NCBI RefSeq assembly: GCF_009914755.1
Contig: NC_060938.1
Reading direction: 5' to 3' (one strand)
From: the human T2T-CHM13v2.0 reference genome, Homo sapiens
DNA length: 64,000 bases
Shown: piece after piece, positions 1-17,342 of the stretch
How the letters are laid out: the number at the start of each line of letters is the position of its first letter
How positions within the stretch are numbered: the stretch's first letter is position 1
Notes under the pieces: generated by a model
What the model was told of the DNA's origin: nothing
Seen by the model: only the letters and a program-made list of their open reading frames with translations
Databases searched by the model: none
Made by a program: the position numbers and the translations under genes

Positions 1-149
1 ACTAACCACATGCAGCTATTGGACATTTGAAATATGGCTTGGGATATGGCTGTTCAGCAGTGAACTAAATTTTAAGTTTTATTTAATTGTGTTAAAAATT
101 AAAATTAAATAATGACATGCACTGTTGGCTACCGCATTGGACAGCACAG
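1..149 (+). mobile_element. MER3-like hAT-Charlie MITE, 3' part
   Basis: Begins ACTAACCACATG..GCTATTG..CATTTGAAAT and ends GGCTACCGCATTGGACAGCACAG, matching the MER3 end. Confidence 0.75.
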
Positions 150-394
150 CCTCAGACTGATCAACAGATTTACTTGGCGATTCTAATTTAAAATACAAGT
201 TGGCTTAGATTTACGATTTTAAGTTGAAATCCAAGCTTACAAATAGTGTTGGAACATTCAAGAGAACTAAGACAATAGATTACAGAGTTTAATTTACTAT
301 TCTTAAAAACTTGTTGAAATACATGGGAAGATGTCTTTGTTCATTGAAGAACCAAAGGTCTTAAAAGAGAATTGATTGAAAGATTTGAAAGATT

Positions 395-828
395 CAGAAT
401 AAGTCCTCTGGCCACAGTGAAATTAGCTAGAAATCACCAAAGAAAACTAGAATACCCACAATTTTTGAAAATTTAACATTTCATTTCTGAACAGCGCATG
501 TGTCAAAGAAGCAATCACAACAGAAATTAGAAAATATGTTTTATGATAATTATAAAGAAGATAAAATGTATAAAAACTTTTGAGATGCAGCTAAAGCAGT
601 ACTCACTGGAAATTTATAACCTTAAATATATATATTAGAAAACAAATACTGGAAGTCAATGATCTTAATTTCTCAAGCAGCTAAAAAACAAAGAGCAAAA
701 AAGGAGGGAAATAATAAAGAGCAGAAATAATGAAACAGAAAACAAACAGAAAAGCAACAAGACCAAAAGTTGGCGTTTTGAAAAGGTTAATAAAATTGAT
801 AAATTCCTAAAAAGATCAATCAACTAAA
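395..828 (+). mobile_element. Old L1M ORF2 fragment
   Basis: GAAATTAGAAAATA, GATGCAGCTAAAGCAGTACT and TTTGAAAAGGTTAATAAAATTGATAAA are typical of L1 ORF2 downstream of the endonuclease. Confidence 0.8.
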
Positions 829-829
829 G

Positions 830-1368
830 TGTGATGGTTAATATTAAGTGTCAACTTGATTGGATTGAAGGATGCAAAGTATTGTTCCTGGGTGTGTCTG
901 TGAGGGTGTTGCCAAAGGAGATTAACATTTGAGTCAGTGGACTGGGAGAGGCAGACCCACCCTCAACGTGGTGGGCACCATCCAATCAACTGCCAGTGCG
1001 GCTGGAATAAAGCAGGCAGAAGAAGGTGGGGGAAGCCGACTTGCTGAGTCTTCTTGGCCTCCATCTTTCTTCCGTGCTGGATGCTTCCTGCCCTCCTTGG
1101 AACATCAGACTCCAAGTTCTTCAGCTTTTTCACCAGTGGCTCTCGGGCCTTTGGCCACAAACTGAAGGCTGCACTGTAAATTTCCCTACTTTTGAGGTTT
1201 TGGTACTCAGACTGAGCCACGACCAGCTTCCTTGCTCCTCAATTTGCAGACGGCCTATCGTGGGACTTCACCTTGTGATCATGTGGATCAATTCTCCTTA
1301 ATAAACTCCCTTTCGTATATACATATATCCTATTAGTCCTGTCCCTATAGAGAACCCTGACTAATTCA
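830..1368 (+). mobile_element. MLT2A (probably MLT2A2) ERV-L solo LTR
   Basis: Starts TGTGATGGTTAATATT, ends GAGAACCCTGACTAATTCA, has AATAAA near 1300; 5-bp TSD TAAAG/GAAAG; 539 bp. Confidence 0.88.
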
Positions 1369-2075
1369 GAAAGATAACTGAATATATATTTTATACATGC
1401 AGGTAAAATGTATGGAAATGTAACAGAATTATGAAAGCCACCTTAGAGTGATTCATACAATTTTCCAGATTTATAAATAGAAGAATAGGATCTGTCTATA
1501 TAGTAAAAGCTTAAAGGAAGAATTAGGCTTGTTAACCATTACAGCTTTAATGTAGAAAACATGTACTTTGTAAAATCAAATTAGTCCCTGAGTAATCTCA
1601 CAATGACCATGCTGGTTTTCCGAGGCTGTGACTCAGTGCCAAGCTGCGGCCAAGCCACCAGGACTGCAGAGAGAACAGGGGGAGGGCTCCTCCCAGTATG
1701 CGGGTGTGCGCCACTCATTAGCAGCCCTTTCGAGACCTGCTGCAGGGTGAATCTAGGAACTACACCTTATGGGTGCATGGCACCTTACAGTTTTCTCAGC
1801 ACTGTGAGAAATTACCAAGTTCAAAAGAAGTAGAAAGGCCTTTGTTTTCAATAGGTCCAAAGCTAAGGGATTTCTTTCCTTGAAACGTATATTGAAAGCA
1901 ATATAATAGAAAGCTGGAGACTTTCTTTTTTTGAATGTTTTCAAAATGCAATTCAAACATACTTGAAACTATATGAGGTCTCTTCTTGGTCAGAAACCAA
2001 TCCGAGTCATAGAAGAGGCTGTGAACACACTTCCCTACGGCAAAGGCCTGACCCTACTAGGGAGGCCATCGTTGA

Positions 2076-2848
<773 letters not shown>

Positions 2849-2979
2849 CTAAGTATTCCATAACATTATTCCGAAAAGTTATGTACTCCTTTTTCCATAT
2901 TTTTAATTGATACCTTAAACTTTTATTATAAATTTAAATAGTGGAAAGGTATAGAAGATCCACCATAAAGTAAGATCTG

Positions 2980-3887
<908 letters not shown>

Positions 3888-3889
3888 CT

Positions 3890-4128
3890 AGAAACAAATG
3901 AGAGTAGAAATTATCCAACTGAAACAGGGAGAGATAGGAGGAAGGGGAGGAAGAGCATGAAGATGTGGTGGAGAAGAATAGACAATGAGAGATGTGTCAG
4001 ATAATATTATTGATATAAAGTATGTACAACTGGAGTTTGAGAAGGCCATTCTCTTCAAGATTGTGGTAAATGGAGTATTTGAAGAAATCATGGCCCAGAG
4101 ATTTCTATGTTTGATGAAAGACATAAAG
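3890..4128 (+). mobile_element. L1M ORF1 fragment
   Basis: GAAATTATCCAACTGAA ... TATTTGAAGAAATCATGGCC (FEEIMA, L1 ORF1p motif) ... TTGATGAAAGACATAAA. Confidence 0.7.
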
Positions 4129-5079
4129 TGTTCTGGAATTTTGGTTTCAATTTGTAGTAAGGGGGAAAAATCTGCTCATAGAAGTTTGAATGTCAGCCAA
4201 GGAGCAGGTCAGATCGAATGAACCTTAGATGGTCCAATATATGCAATTCTAGGAATTAAGGAAGGAAAGAAGAAAGGGAACAAGGAAGGAAAAAAAGAAA
4301 GAAATGAACAAATCCTATCCCATGGGCCGTCCAAGACAAGTAGCAATAGTGAAAGCTTGGTAAGGAAATGGACTCAAGAACTCTCTCTGACACATTTGAC
4401 CTTAGAAAAGTTATTTAAAATTAAACTTGGCTTCCTTATTTAAAATTAAAAAGATGTTCAAACCTCACTTCTACCTTAAAATGACTGTTGCTATGACAAT
4501 ACACACAATATATTTCCAGCCCCTTGGTCAAAATTTTTTTCTATAAATTCAATATTATTGGAATTGCTCTTTCTGAAGTCACATACTTTAGCCAACTTAG
4601 CTGTTTTGCGCTCTGCTAAAATTTTTTTCAAGGATCAGTAAAGCATAAAATAGGGAGTATATTTGGATTTCAGTTTATGTTTTCACATAAATTAATCTGC
4701 ATTTTCTCTGAAGTTAGAATAAATTCTTTTTTATTCACATTTCTGAGTATTTCGTCAACTTAATAATCTAAGAAACATTTTGATTGGACACTCTATATTT
4801 TATTATGTTAAATTGTTTTAAGCTACTTTTCAATCCCTGTGGCCAATCCAATTTAAGCCTGTTTTATAAGAAAGGTTACTTTGTGAGCTGCTATTCCTAA
4901 TGCCATTGAATTTCAATTTGTGTGTGTATATGAATTTTTTAACTGCCTAGTTCTGCAGTTCCAAACAAATTTCTCAAAAGTTATAAGCTACAGAAAGGAA
5001 AGTAGCCAACAGTTCATTTTTATTAATCCTAAATTATAATTCTGTAAGAGAGGTGTGAATACCAAGTAGGCTGATTGGT

Positions 5080-5285
5080 GAGATACAGTTTAGAATTTAT
5101 ATACATAAGTGAGCGTTGCCCAGTGGGAATGCACACCTATTTCAAAGATGCTTCAATTGTTCGCAGCATTTCTGAAACTCCTCTTTGAATACTGCCTTTA
5201 GAGATTGCAGCACATTTTAATCCTTGTCTTTTAAAAGTGGGTTTAATAACCCAAAGTAATTTTGGTTAAGTTTGGTGATGTGGAA
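5080..5285. mobile_element. MARNA-like mariner relic
   Basis: TTTCAAAGATGCTTCAATTGTTCGCAGCATTTCTGAAACTCCTCTTTGAATACTGCCTTTAGAG resembles the MARNA core. Confidence 0.5.
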
Positions 5286-5297
5286 GATGGAAAATAA

Positions 5298-5609
<312 letters not shown>

Positions 5610-5749
5610 TAATTTTTCATACCTACTATGTGCTAAAGGCTTGTCTTGGATTGTCCAGTGAATCTGGGTAAATTCATTTTAGACTGAAAATGAAGTGTAA
5701 CCATAGAATATGAATCAGTGTCATAGATGATTTTCCCACTGCAGGTAAT

Positions 5750-5914
5750 AATGCAGCATCGTAGGAAAGGCATATGTTTTCGGTCAGGCTGATAGGTTTG
5801 AATCCCTACCCTGACACTCTTCTCCCGTCACCATCACTTAGCCTGAATCAAGTTACTTAGATTTTCCGGGACTGTTTCCTTATTTATAAAAGAGGATGAC
5901 TAATATCTATCTCA
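5750..5914 (+). mobile_element. MIR
   Basis: GGTTTGAATCCC ... AAGTTACTTA ... GTTTCCTTATTTATAAAA core. Confidence 0.65.
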
Positions 5915-6199
5915 ATAATTTAAAAAATAAAACAAATATACAAAATACCTGGCATAATTAGTCCCCCTTCCCAGGGTGACAAAGTGAAGGGAAAAATACC
6001 CATTATGATGAAGATGATCCCGGATGTTTTTCAAAGTGAGTTTTATTATTTTATGGTTGCATTTTCCTATTATCTTGTCAGATATTAATTCCAAGAGTAT
6101 TTGTTACTCCTCTATTTTGGGCAAAGATGTCTTGTTTTTGGTGTATTTAGGAGAAGGGACTGTGTGTGTGAGTTTACCTGGTTGTGGGGTGGTATGGCA

Positions 6200-7160
6200 G
6201 AGGTAGTTGTGAACAATGGGACTGAAAATATAAATTGATACCCGATTATGGAGGGCTTTGAATGGCATATTACAGGGTTCGACATTATCCAATAGAAAAG
6301 ATGGCCACCGAAAGCTTTTGAGCAGAGACAAAGTAATTTTGTCTGTGCTTTGGGAAGATAACAGACATGCTAGATTGAAATTTGTTGACAGCAGGGTTTA
6401 CTTCTTACTTGCACATCTTTTACTCATCTTTATATAAATGAGTAGAAGAAAAAATGACTAGGTGGAAGGATGGAAAGGGGAATAAGGAAAAGGCAGGATG
6501 ATCAGGAGGGGATGGAAGACAATGCTGTGAAGGGTTTACAGAGCCAGGCTCAAAAGGATTCAGCAAGTGTCTGGATGACGGAGCTAAAGAAGATGGGGGA
6601 GACTTGAAAAGAACTCTGCGGCAGCTGGCTTAGATGACAGCTCTGGGCGGGGGGTGGGGCGGCGGCTAGGAAAAAGAAACACAGAATGGGAAAATCATTT
6701 TGAAAATGAGGGGAACGATGAGTCTGATTTTAATTCAATGAGCTTGCATGGCAGTCCGATAGGCAAATGAAAACACAGGTCTGGAGTTGAGCCGAGGTCA
6801 AAATAAAGATTTGTTTGTAGAGTCATATCCATAAAGATAATAGCTGAAATCTTGGTGGTGATGAAATCATCCTTGGAGAATGTGTGGATCAAGAAGATTG
6901 GCCAAATACAGGGCCTCGGAAAATGCTAATACTTACGGGATGGCTGTAGGAGAGGAAGCAGGAAAAGACAGAGGGGAAAAAATGGGCACAGAAATACCAG
7001 GAGAGACCCATGTCATGGAAACTAAAAGGGAAGGATTTCAAAGGTGCAGCTGTCAGGGCAGACCCAGGAGAAAGGACAAGTATGATGAGGTTAGAGAAGG
7101 GCTGGTGCGTTTGGCCATTCATTAGCAGCTCACTGGTGACCCCTTTGAGAGCAGCTGCCA
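6200..7160 (-). mobile_element. Degenerate L2 fragments
   Basis: Purine-rich antisense-L2 texture (ATTATGGAGGGCTTTGAATG; GATTTG..GTCAT..CATAAAGATAATAGCTGAAA). Confidence 0.55.
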
Positions 7161-7344
7161 TGGGGAAGATGGAGCTGGGTTACAGGGAGAGGGCAAGTCG
7201 GGGCAGGGGAATCGTAGAGAGAAGTGGGCAATAGCTTCTGCTTCTACCTTTAACTGCTTCTTCTTAGTCTCGTTAGAAGACTTTTCTCTGCTGTCCTAGT
7301 AAATGTTAACGTTGCCCAAGACTCTGTCCTTGGCTCGATGCTTA

Positions 7345-7770
7345 CAACAGTTAGGGTTCTCTTGGTTTCAAATAACAGAAAGCAACTCCAGCTGGCTTGA
7401 GCAGAAAGATTTATTGGGAGGATACAGGGTTACCTCACAGGACCCAGAGGGTTATGACTGGGCCTTGGACACAAGCTTTAACCAGCAGCCAAACATCATG
7501 GGGCTTCTTGTCTCCTTTCCTGTTCTCCTCTCGGTGTCTTTTTCTTTTTTCTCCGCTCTCAATGCCAACTAGCTGCCTTGGGTTTCCAGGCCATGTGGTA
7601 GAAAACATGTGTGCCACTCACTCCTGAGTCAGACCCACTTACTCAGCCCCTCAGAGGGGCACTGCTCTCTCTCACTTATGCCCACTCTTGGTGTTTCCCA
7701 AGAGAAGAGATTGAGTTGGTCAACAGACGTCCACCCTTGGGCCACTCAACTGAAATCAGATCAACAAAGT
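7345..7770 (-). mobile_element. Old MLT1 (J/K/L-type) MaLR LTR
   Basis: TTAGGGTTCTCTTGGTTTCAAATAACAGAAAGCAACTCCAGCTGGCTTGAGCAGAAAGATTTATTGG. Confidence 0.6.
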
Positions 7771-8944
7771 CATTCTGCACAGACAGTAGCATGTGGACTG
7801 GGGACAAAGACAGGGACTAGGACCTGGAAGTGAGAAGCTGGGGAAAAAGCTTATGGGATGAGGATTTGGATTGGGCCCAGGGCAAGTGAAAAGAAGGGGA
7901 AGGTGACATGAGTGGCTTCTCATTCCCTCTTTCTGTATTCACCCTGAGAGCCTGGATCCTCCTAAGTAGCAAATCCGAGGAGCACTCTCCCTCCTAGACT
8001 ACAGTTTGCAGCTAGATAGACATACAGTTTTCTTCTAAGAAAGAAAATGGGATGTCTGCTCAGATCTTACAAACTTCCCCTCTCTGCGACCAGCCATGGG
8101 TATACCTGGGCCAGTGCCCAGTTGGCCATGTCCATACCCCCTGGGTGAACCAGAGTTGATTGCTCCAAGGGGCCAGAGCCTCTATGTGGGGTCTCTAGAC
8201 TTGGAACTGGATGAATCATGAGCCAATTCCTTTTCAGGATACTGTGAGGCTGTCCGTGACTACGGGAGAGAGGCAGAGTCTGAAGGTGCTGGTATGGTTG
8301 GTTCTTGTTATTCTGGAAACCCACTGCACCACTGCTGTCTCTATGTTAGTTCTATCAGATAGCCCAGTGTTTTCCAGTACATTCTCTTGCAGTCTAAGCT
8401 AGTTTGGGTGGTTTTCCGTCACTGAGACAAAAAAGAGCCTTGACTAGTCCAGGGTCAAGGGAGTTGCCCAACAGCTATCCCCAACTTGGCCTCTTGCCTG
8501 CCGCATCAACTGTAGGAAATGACCCCTCCCTTTCCCTTGTCATGTTTCCTGGGAGAAATGAGGTCCGAATAGTGACTGCAATAGGAGGTTATGGCTTTCT
8601 GGAAATTCTGAATAATGCCACTTTGTTCATGTATTACTCCAATTTTGATATTTTAAAAAATCTGAAGTATGCATCATTTATGTTCTGAGATCAGGAATCA
8701 ACAACTCAATTATTCAACTTATGATGAAAATACTTGCTGAACAAAACTCTACCCAAAATCAGAAAGGAACAATTCATCAACTTTTCATTAACTGGAACAA
8801 TTCGTACATAAACACAAAAGCTACTCAATGATACCATTGATCCGCTTTGTATTTGAAATAAGATTTTATTTTTACTTGATTTTCAATGTTTTCTTCATTT
8901 TAGATAAAGTTTAGTTTAACAGGTTTTGAATAAGACTTTATTTT

Positions 8945-9540
<596 letters not shown>

Positions 9541-9554
9541 TATTTGACAGTTTA

Positions 9555-9850
<296 letters not shown>

Positions 9851-10468
9851 ACCCGCAAACGTTTATTTTTATTAAGGTTATCTGCTAATAATTTGTATGA
9901 TAATGACGCTTAATGTTTCCATATTACAAATTTACAATTTTACTTGACCTTTAAATTTTAACACTTAAAAAGTGAATTATATTAAAAGTTCTTTGACTAA
10001 TGTTCATGTTATGCATTCCGTACACTTATAAATAAGAGTACTGATACCAGTATTTTGGAATTACCTTCACTAAATGCTGAGTGTCCAGCATTGCTGTTCT
10101 TGCTCCAGTATAGCAGTTACTGGAGCCCAGCAGGACAGGCAAGGCATGGGGAACGTGAACACACATGGCTAAGTGTCTGGGTGCAGGACGTGACTGCTAG
10201 AAACCAGGGGGTATGGAGCAGAGGGCAGCTGAGCAGCTCAAGGCTTGCTTCTCCGCAGTGAGACTCCCAAGCCTAGACCATCCTAAAGGGTTCTGCAAAC
10301 ATGTCTCTTGCCCCCAGTACCCTCATCACCCTGTTCTTCCTCTGTATATAGCCCGAGAGGGCTTGCTCGTGTTAGCCCAAGCCGATTTCTTTGTCTTGCA
10401 CAGACAGTGCCCTGGGACCACTTTACAGTGATGATTTGGACTCAGGGACATTATCTTAGAGAAGTCTT

Positions 10469-10778
10469 TATATGTTTTTTTTTAATTGAAAGTGTTTTTT
10501 TAGAGACAGGGTCTTGCTCTATCATCCAGGCTGGAGTGCGACAGTGCAATCATGGCTCACTGAAGCTTCAAACCCCTGGGCTCAAATGATCCTTCCACCT
10601 CAGCCTCCCAAGTAGCTGGGACTACAGGTACACACCACTAAATCCAGATAATTTTTTATTATTAATTTTTTGGTAGGGATGGGGTCTCGGTATGTTGCCC
10701 AGGCTAGTCTCCAATTCCTAGGCTCAAGTGATCCTCCTGCTTTGGCCTCCCAAAGTGCTGGGATTGTAGGCACGAGCC
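10469..10778 (-). mobile_element. AluJ, slightly 5'-truncated
   Basis: AluJ-type GGGTCTTGCTCT and CAATCATGGCTCAC; perfect 17-bp TSD TATCTTAGAGAAGTCTT at 10452 and 10779. Confidence 0.92.
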
Positions 10779-11213
10779 TATCTTAGAGAAGTCTTAAGCC
10801 TATGCTTCCCAAGGCCTGGCTGATTGCTTGGAACATAGTAAGTATTCTGTATGTGTAGGTGCTATTATTTGTTCAACCAATGTTGAGCAAATGAAGGAAA
10901 CTGGCACCATTGGCAGGAAAAGTCTGCCCCTCTGCAGATATTAGGAGATGATGAGATTCAGGGTGGGATGGTGAGGACAATGAAGTGAGTGAGTAGAGCA
11001 CCGTGGCCTGCAGTGTGGAGAGGGTAGGGGGCAAGAAGAGTGAGGAGGAGGAGGACCACCAGTGCCATCCCTAGCCCCAGCTCTAGCAATGGCGGCCTGA
11101 CTCAGGGCTGCTGGCCACACAGAAGGAGACCCCCGGCAGCAACCATCTCTAGGATTCTGAGATGCAAGTCTATCATCAGCATCCAAAAATTATGATTAAA
11201 AATTTAGTCAATT

Positions 11214-11316
11214 ACTTATTGCATGCCTGTGCCAAAATATCTCCCGTAACCCATATATGTGTGTGTATGTATACATATGCACCTACTATGTACCCACAAA
11301 AATTAAAAATTTTTAA
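11214..11316 (+). mobile_element. L1MA extreme 3' end
   Basis: TTGCATGCCTGTGCCAAAATATCTC ... CACCTACTATGTACCCACAAAAATTAAAAAT. Confidence 0.8.
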
Positions 11317-11700
11317 ATGTTTAATCACAAGTCAGTAGCATGACATCATTAGTAGAGTAGAGTCTGCTGACATTACAATCTATTGATCTCCCCAGAGTTA
11401 CCAAAAGTAGTTCACAATAGTTAGGCTTCCTTCTGTCCATAGTTCAGGGCATATTCAAAGTCTCTAAAGCTGACGTGACCATCTGAATCTCGATCTACTT
11501 CCCTGGAAAATGAAACAAAAAGTCATTTACACATTATTCTCGTTAACACCTATGCACCGAGAGCACATTAGAATCTTTATTTATTTGCATGTCTGTGTGA
11601 GAGAGGAACCTATTTTATCTACTTGAAGGCTGAGATTGATGCCTGTTTTTTCATTGATAATAAAGGTTTGCAGGAAAGAAAGGGTATTTATTAAAACTTA

Positions 11701-12127
<427 letters not shown>

Positions 12128-12970
12128 GTGTGTTTGAAAGCATAACTGGTGAGTAGTGGTCCCAACTCCTCTTTGGGGGCATTCTAAAACAATGCCTTAC
12201 AAGTAGCTTCTGCAGTTGATGCCAATTATATTTTGTTCAAACATCAAATTCGTATCAACCATGACATAGGACTTTTTAAAGCAAAGACTGGCCCAAGCAA
12301 GAGAGCCACTAATCACTGTAATAGTTTTAAAGCAGGCTTTTAAAATATTGAATTCTAAAATAAACTTTCTGAATATTTCATGCCAAAGTCTCTGAAGTCT
12401 ATAATGGTTCTGGATAGAGTGATGATAATTTTTCATTCTTTTGAAGTAGAGAAAAATCCCTACTTCTCTGCCCCAGGGCAAAACCATGTTGCAGTGTGTT
12501 CATATAAAATGATTGCAGACTGCAGAGGCCATTATTCTTGTTACTTCTTTTGGTAAAATATACATGATGATTTCATGCTACACAGGACCAAAAGCATAGT
12601 GTCAGATCTCTTCTAAGGGATTAGAAATAATCAGTATCACGTTACTAACTACAGAATATAAATCATCCCTTTTATTAAATTAGATAATTGAGGATTCTTA
12701 ATATTGCCTAAGTATTTTTTCCCAAGGAATTGGATTAGATAAACGGCCTTTTTTCTTTCCACTCTGAACTGGTATGGTTGAACTATAAATCTCAGAGGGT
12801 GAGTTAAGTGAATAACCTAGAAAAATAATGTTTAGAATAAACTGCTTCTGATAATATTTTGTGTGTGTGCGAGTGTGCTTATTCACTTATTGAGATGCTG
12901 AATGCTTGTAGAGAAGCAAATCCCTTTGCCTGACTTTCTCAGTAAACGACCTCATTGTTATTGTATTAAC

Positions 12971-13306
<336 letters not shown>

Positions 13307-14053
13307 TAGAGCTTTCCATCATAAAATGAGTATAGTAAAACCAAGCACTGTTAAAACTGGAAAGTTTATTCATAACGTGTGGGGTGGCATTTTATTCACA
13401 TAATGAATGGCAGGGCATCATCATTTTAAATTCATATTTCAAATGAGACATGCTGAAATACTTAATGTCTTCTGACTTTTCGTCGTCATCGCATATATAC
13501 AAGCAGGTCTGGTCATCTCACGGAGAGTGCAGAGGAAATTCAAGTTCAGAGCTATCATTTTAAAAGCTAACAAATACTGTTTTTCATTGCAGACAGAATT
13601 ATTCTGAAGAAGGAAGGTCTCATAGCACCCACACTCAAATCACTGTGACAGAGAAGATGTACCGTGGGTAGAATTAGTGACTGGCTGAGGAGAGGAAGGA
13701 AATGTCATCAGGTTAAAAAGCCCTCTTGTTTCTGTTACAGCATTCAACCCTAACGTGAGTTTGCTCTAGTTTTGAAACTAGAATGCATTGTTTTGGTGTC
13801 ATCAACAAACCCTCAGCACTAAAAAATTCAGCACCTCCCACCCCCCAACCCTGACTCGAAAGAAACTTTAGGAGGGCAAGACCTTTGTCTTCTTTGCTGC
13901 TGTGGCCCCACTTCTTGCCCCACAGCAGAGGATGAATGTCGAATGAATGAATTTGTGGAACAAATGAATCTGAGGAAACAGCTGATAATATTATAGAAAA
14001 TCTATTACCTCCCAGGAGGTACTAGGGAATTAAAGAAAGAAACTATCACCTCA

Positions 14054-14588
<535 letters not shown>

Positions 14589-14942
14589 TCAGGCTGAACA
14601 ATTTAGAGTTAAGAAGCAGGAAATTGTGAACCAATGCAGAACACTGGGTACACATGGTCTAACCCATAGTCAAAGACCACCCACTTCAATCCAGTTAAGC
14701 AGCTCCCCTTTTACCAGACACAGGGACGTAGGTATAGACACATATACAGACTATCTCAGAAATGGCTTTTCAAAGGAATTAAAGTTTATGCAGATGTAAA
14801 AGAGGATAATTAACTAACAACAACTGCTTCTAGAAATGTAGGCCCAATGAAATTAAAGGCTTTTTTGGTGTGTTTGTTTTTGAGATGCAAAAGGGAGACC
14901 TGGAATTGATTTTGGGAGTAGAGACTCAAGAGAGCAGAACTG

Positions 14943-15241
14943 GGCTGGGTGCGGTGGCTCACACCTGTAATCCCAGCACTTTGGGAAGCTGAGGTGGGTG
15001 GATCACTTGAGGTCAGGAGTTCGAGACCAGCCTGGCCAACATGGTGAAACCCCATCTCTATTAAAAAGGCAAAAATTAGACAGGCGTGGTGGCATGTGCC
15101 TGTAATCCCAGCTACTCGGGAGGCTGAGGCAGGAGAATCACTTGAGCCTGGGAGACGGAGGCTGCAGTGAGCTGAGTTCACACTCCAGCCTGGGTGACAG
15201 AGCCAGATCCCACCTCAAAAAAGAAAAAAAAAAAAAAAAAA
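14943..15241 (+). mobile_element. AluS
   Basis: Full Alu with A-tail. Confidence 0.95.
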
Positions 15242-15528
15242 GAGAAGTACTGCTCTGTATTACTTGGTATGAACAATTTAGGGCCATCTGGGAGGAAGGA
15301 GATGACAAGCCAAGACAAGAGAGGGTACAGGCACAGGGAGATGCCATATAAGAACAGTCATGAAATTCCCCAATGATGCGATGATCAAAAGTCCTTCAAT
15401 TGACTGTTACGTTTCCTATGTACTTCCAAACTGTTTGTATTACCTGTTCTAACCTCTCCCCTATCTTCACCAAGGGAGTGCCAGGCACACACACACTGTG
15501 GGGGATGGTGACTTTGGGGTGTCAGTGT

Positions 15529-15554
15529 TGAGTCAGGGGCTGAAGATTGAGTCA
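15529..15554. promoter_or_regulatory. Tandem AP-1 motifs (candidate enhancer)
   Basis: TGAGTCA at 15529-15535 and 15548-15554 in apparently unique sequence. Confidence 0.4.
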
Positions 15555-15895
15555 GGAGATGAGCTCTGTCTGAACGTGCAGCAGAGAGCAGGAAAAGCAA
15601 GAAGGGAAAGGCAGGATGATCCATCCACTGAATTCTCTCAGAGAAATGAGAACTCAGAGCCATAAGCCTGCTAGGAATTTGCAAGAATCTTGGGAAGTGC
15701 TTCATAATCCCCCAGGTGTAGAATGGAGGTTCCAGGCAATACTCTATGGACTTCAAAGTACAGGAAGACCTCAGATGACACAGGATACATTCCAAATTTG
15801 CAGAACTGGACTCAGTCCATTCAGTTGAATTCCAACAGTTTTCAAATTTGTTAAAGTACAAATATTTTGATTCATTGTATTAAAAAGTGGTTATA

Positions 15896-16190
<295 letters not shown>

Positions 16191-16549
16191 TGTAAATAGT
16201 CAATGTTTCTCACAAGGAGTAAATGTTTCTTGTATGAAAATGTTGACATCATAACAATTTCTTAGAATGTTCTGAAAGTGGTTATTTCTTGGAAAATCAT
16301 TTTTCTTGTAAAATTATTCAGGAGTACCCCATGTCTAAGTCTCCAAAGCCAGGCTTCAGACTAGAGTACTTGCTTTTACCCAAGTTACTTAAAAAAAAAA
16401 AAAAAAGAAAGAAAAAGGAAATGGTTTAAATTTTACTACATTGAAACGATGGAATCTTTTCTATTAAAATGACATAAAGACTATGAAAGTGATATTTTTA
16501 AGTGGGAGCAAGAATACAGAATGGTATCGCATCATCATTGCAATGTTTT

Positions 16550-16876
<327 letters not shown>

Positions 16877-17106
16877 ATAATTGCAATTTTATAAACATTT
16901 ATATTCTTTTGGGCAGAAGCTGAAGGTTATATGCTACGCAGAAACTTGTCTTATGAAGATGGTAGGGTTTTGGGTAATTCTGTCTTAAGATATTCCTTAA
17001 TATTACTTATATCTTTTTCAACTGAAAAAATATTTTCTTTCAATTTAGTCTGAATTTTCCAAACAATTGGCCTTATTTCAAATTGTATAAATCCACAACA
17101 GCTAGC

Positions 17107-17342
17107 GCTGGGCTTCTCAACATCAGCACGATTGATATTTTGGACCAGACAATGCTCTGATATAGCAGAGAGGGGGCTGTCCTGGGCATTGCAGGACGTT
17201 TGGCAGCATCCCTGGCCTCCACCTGCTAGATGTTGGTAGGACCCTCTCCCACCCCTCATGCCCAATCGTGACAGCCAAAAATGTCTCCAGAAATTGCCAA
17301 GTGTCCCTTGGGGGACACAATCACCCCAGTTGACAACCATTG
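17107..17342 (-). mobile_element. MER20 hAT-Charlie MITE
   Basis: GGCAGCATCCCTGGCCTCCACCTGCTAGATG ... CAAAAATGTCTCCAGAAATTGCCAAGTGTCCC ... GTTGACAACCATTG. Confidence 0.9.

Noticed and set aside
13722-13760. Possible 14-nt micro-exon (CTCTTGTTTCTGTTACAG|CATTCAACCCTAAC|GTGAGT)
   Set aside because: Good-looking splice signals, but no partner exons or transcript evidence; such pseudo-exons are common.
15385-15861. Longest ORF (158 aa, minus strand)
   Set aside because: No recognisable domain, non-ATG start in the ORF track, and no exon or promoter context; this length can arise by chance in 64 kb.
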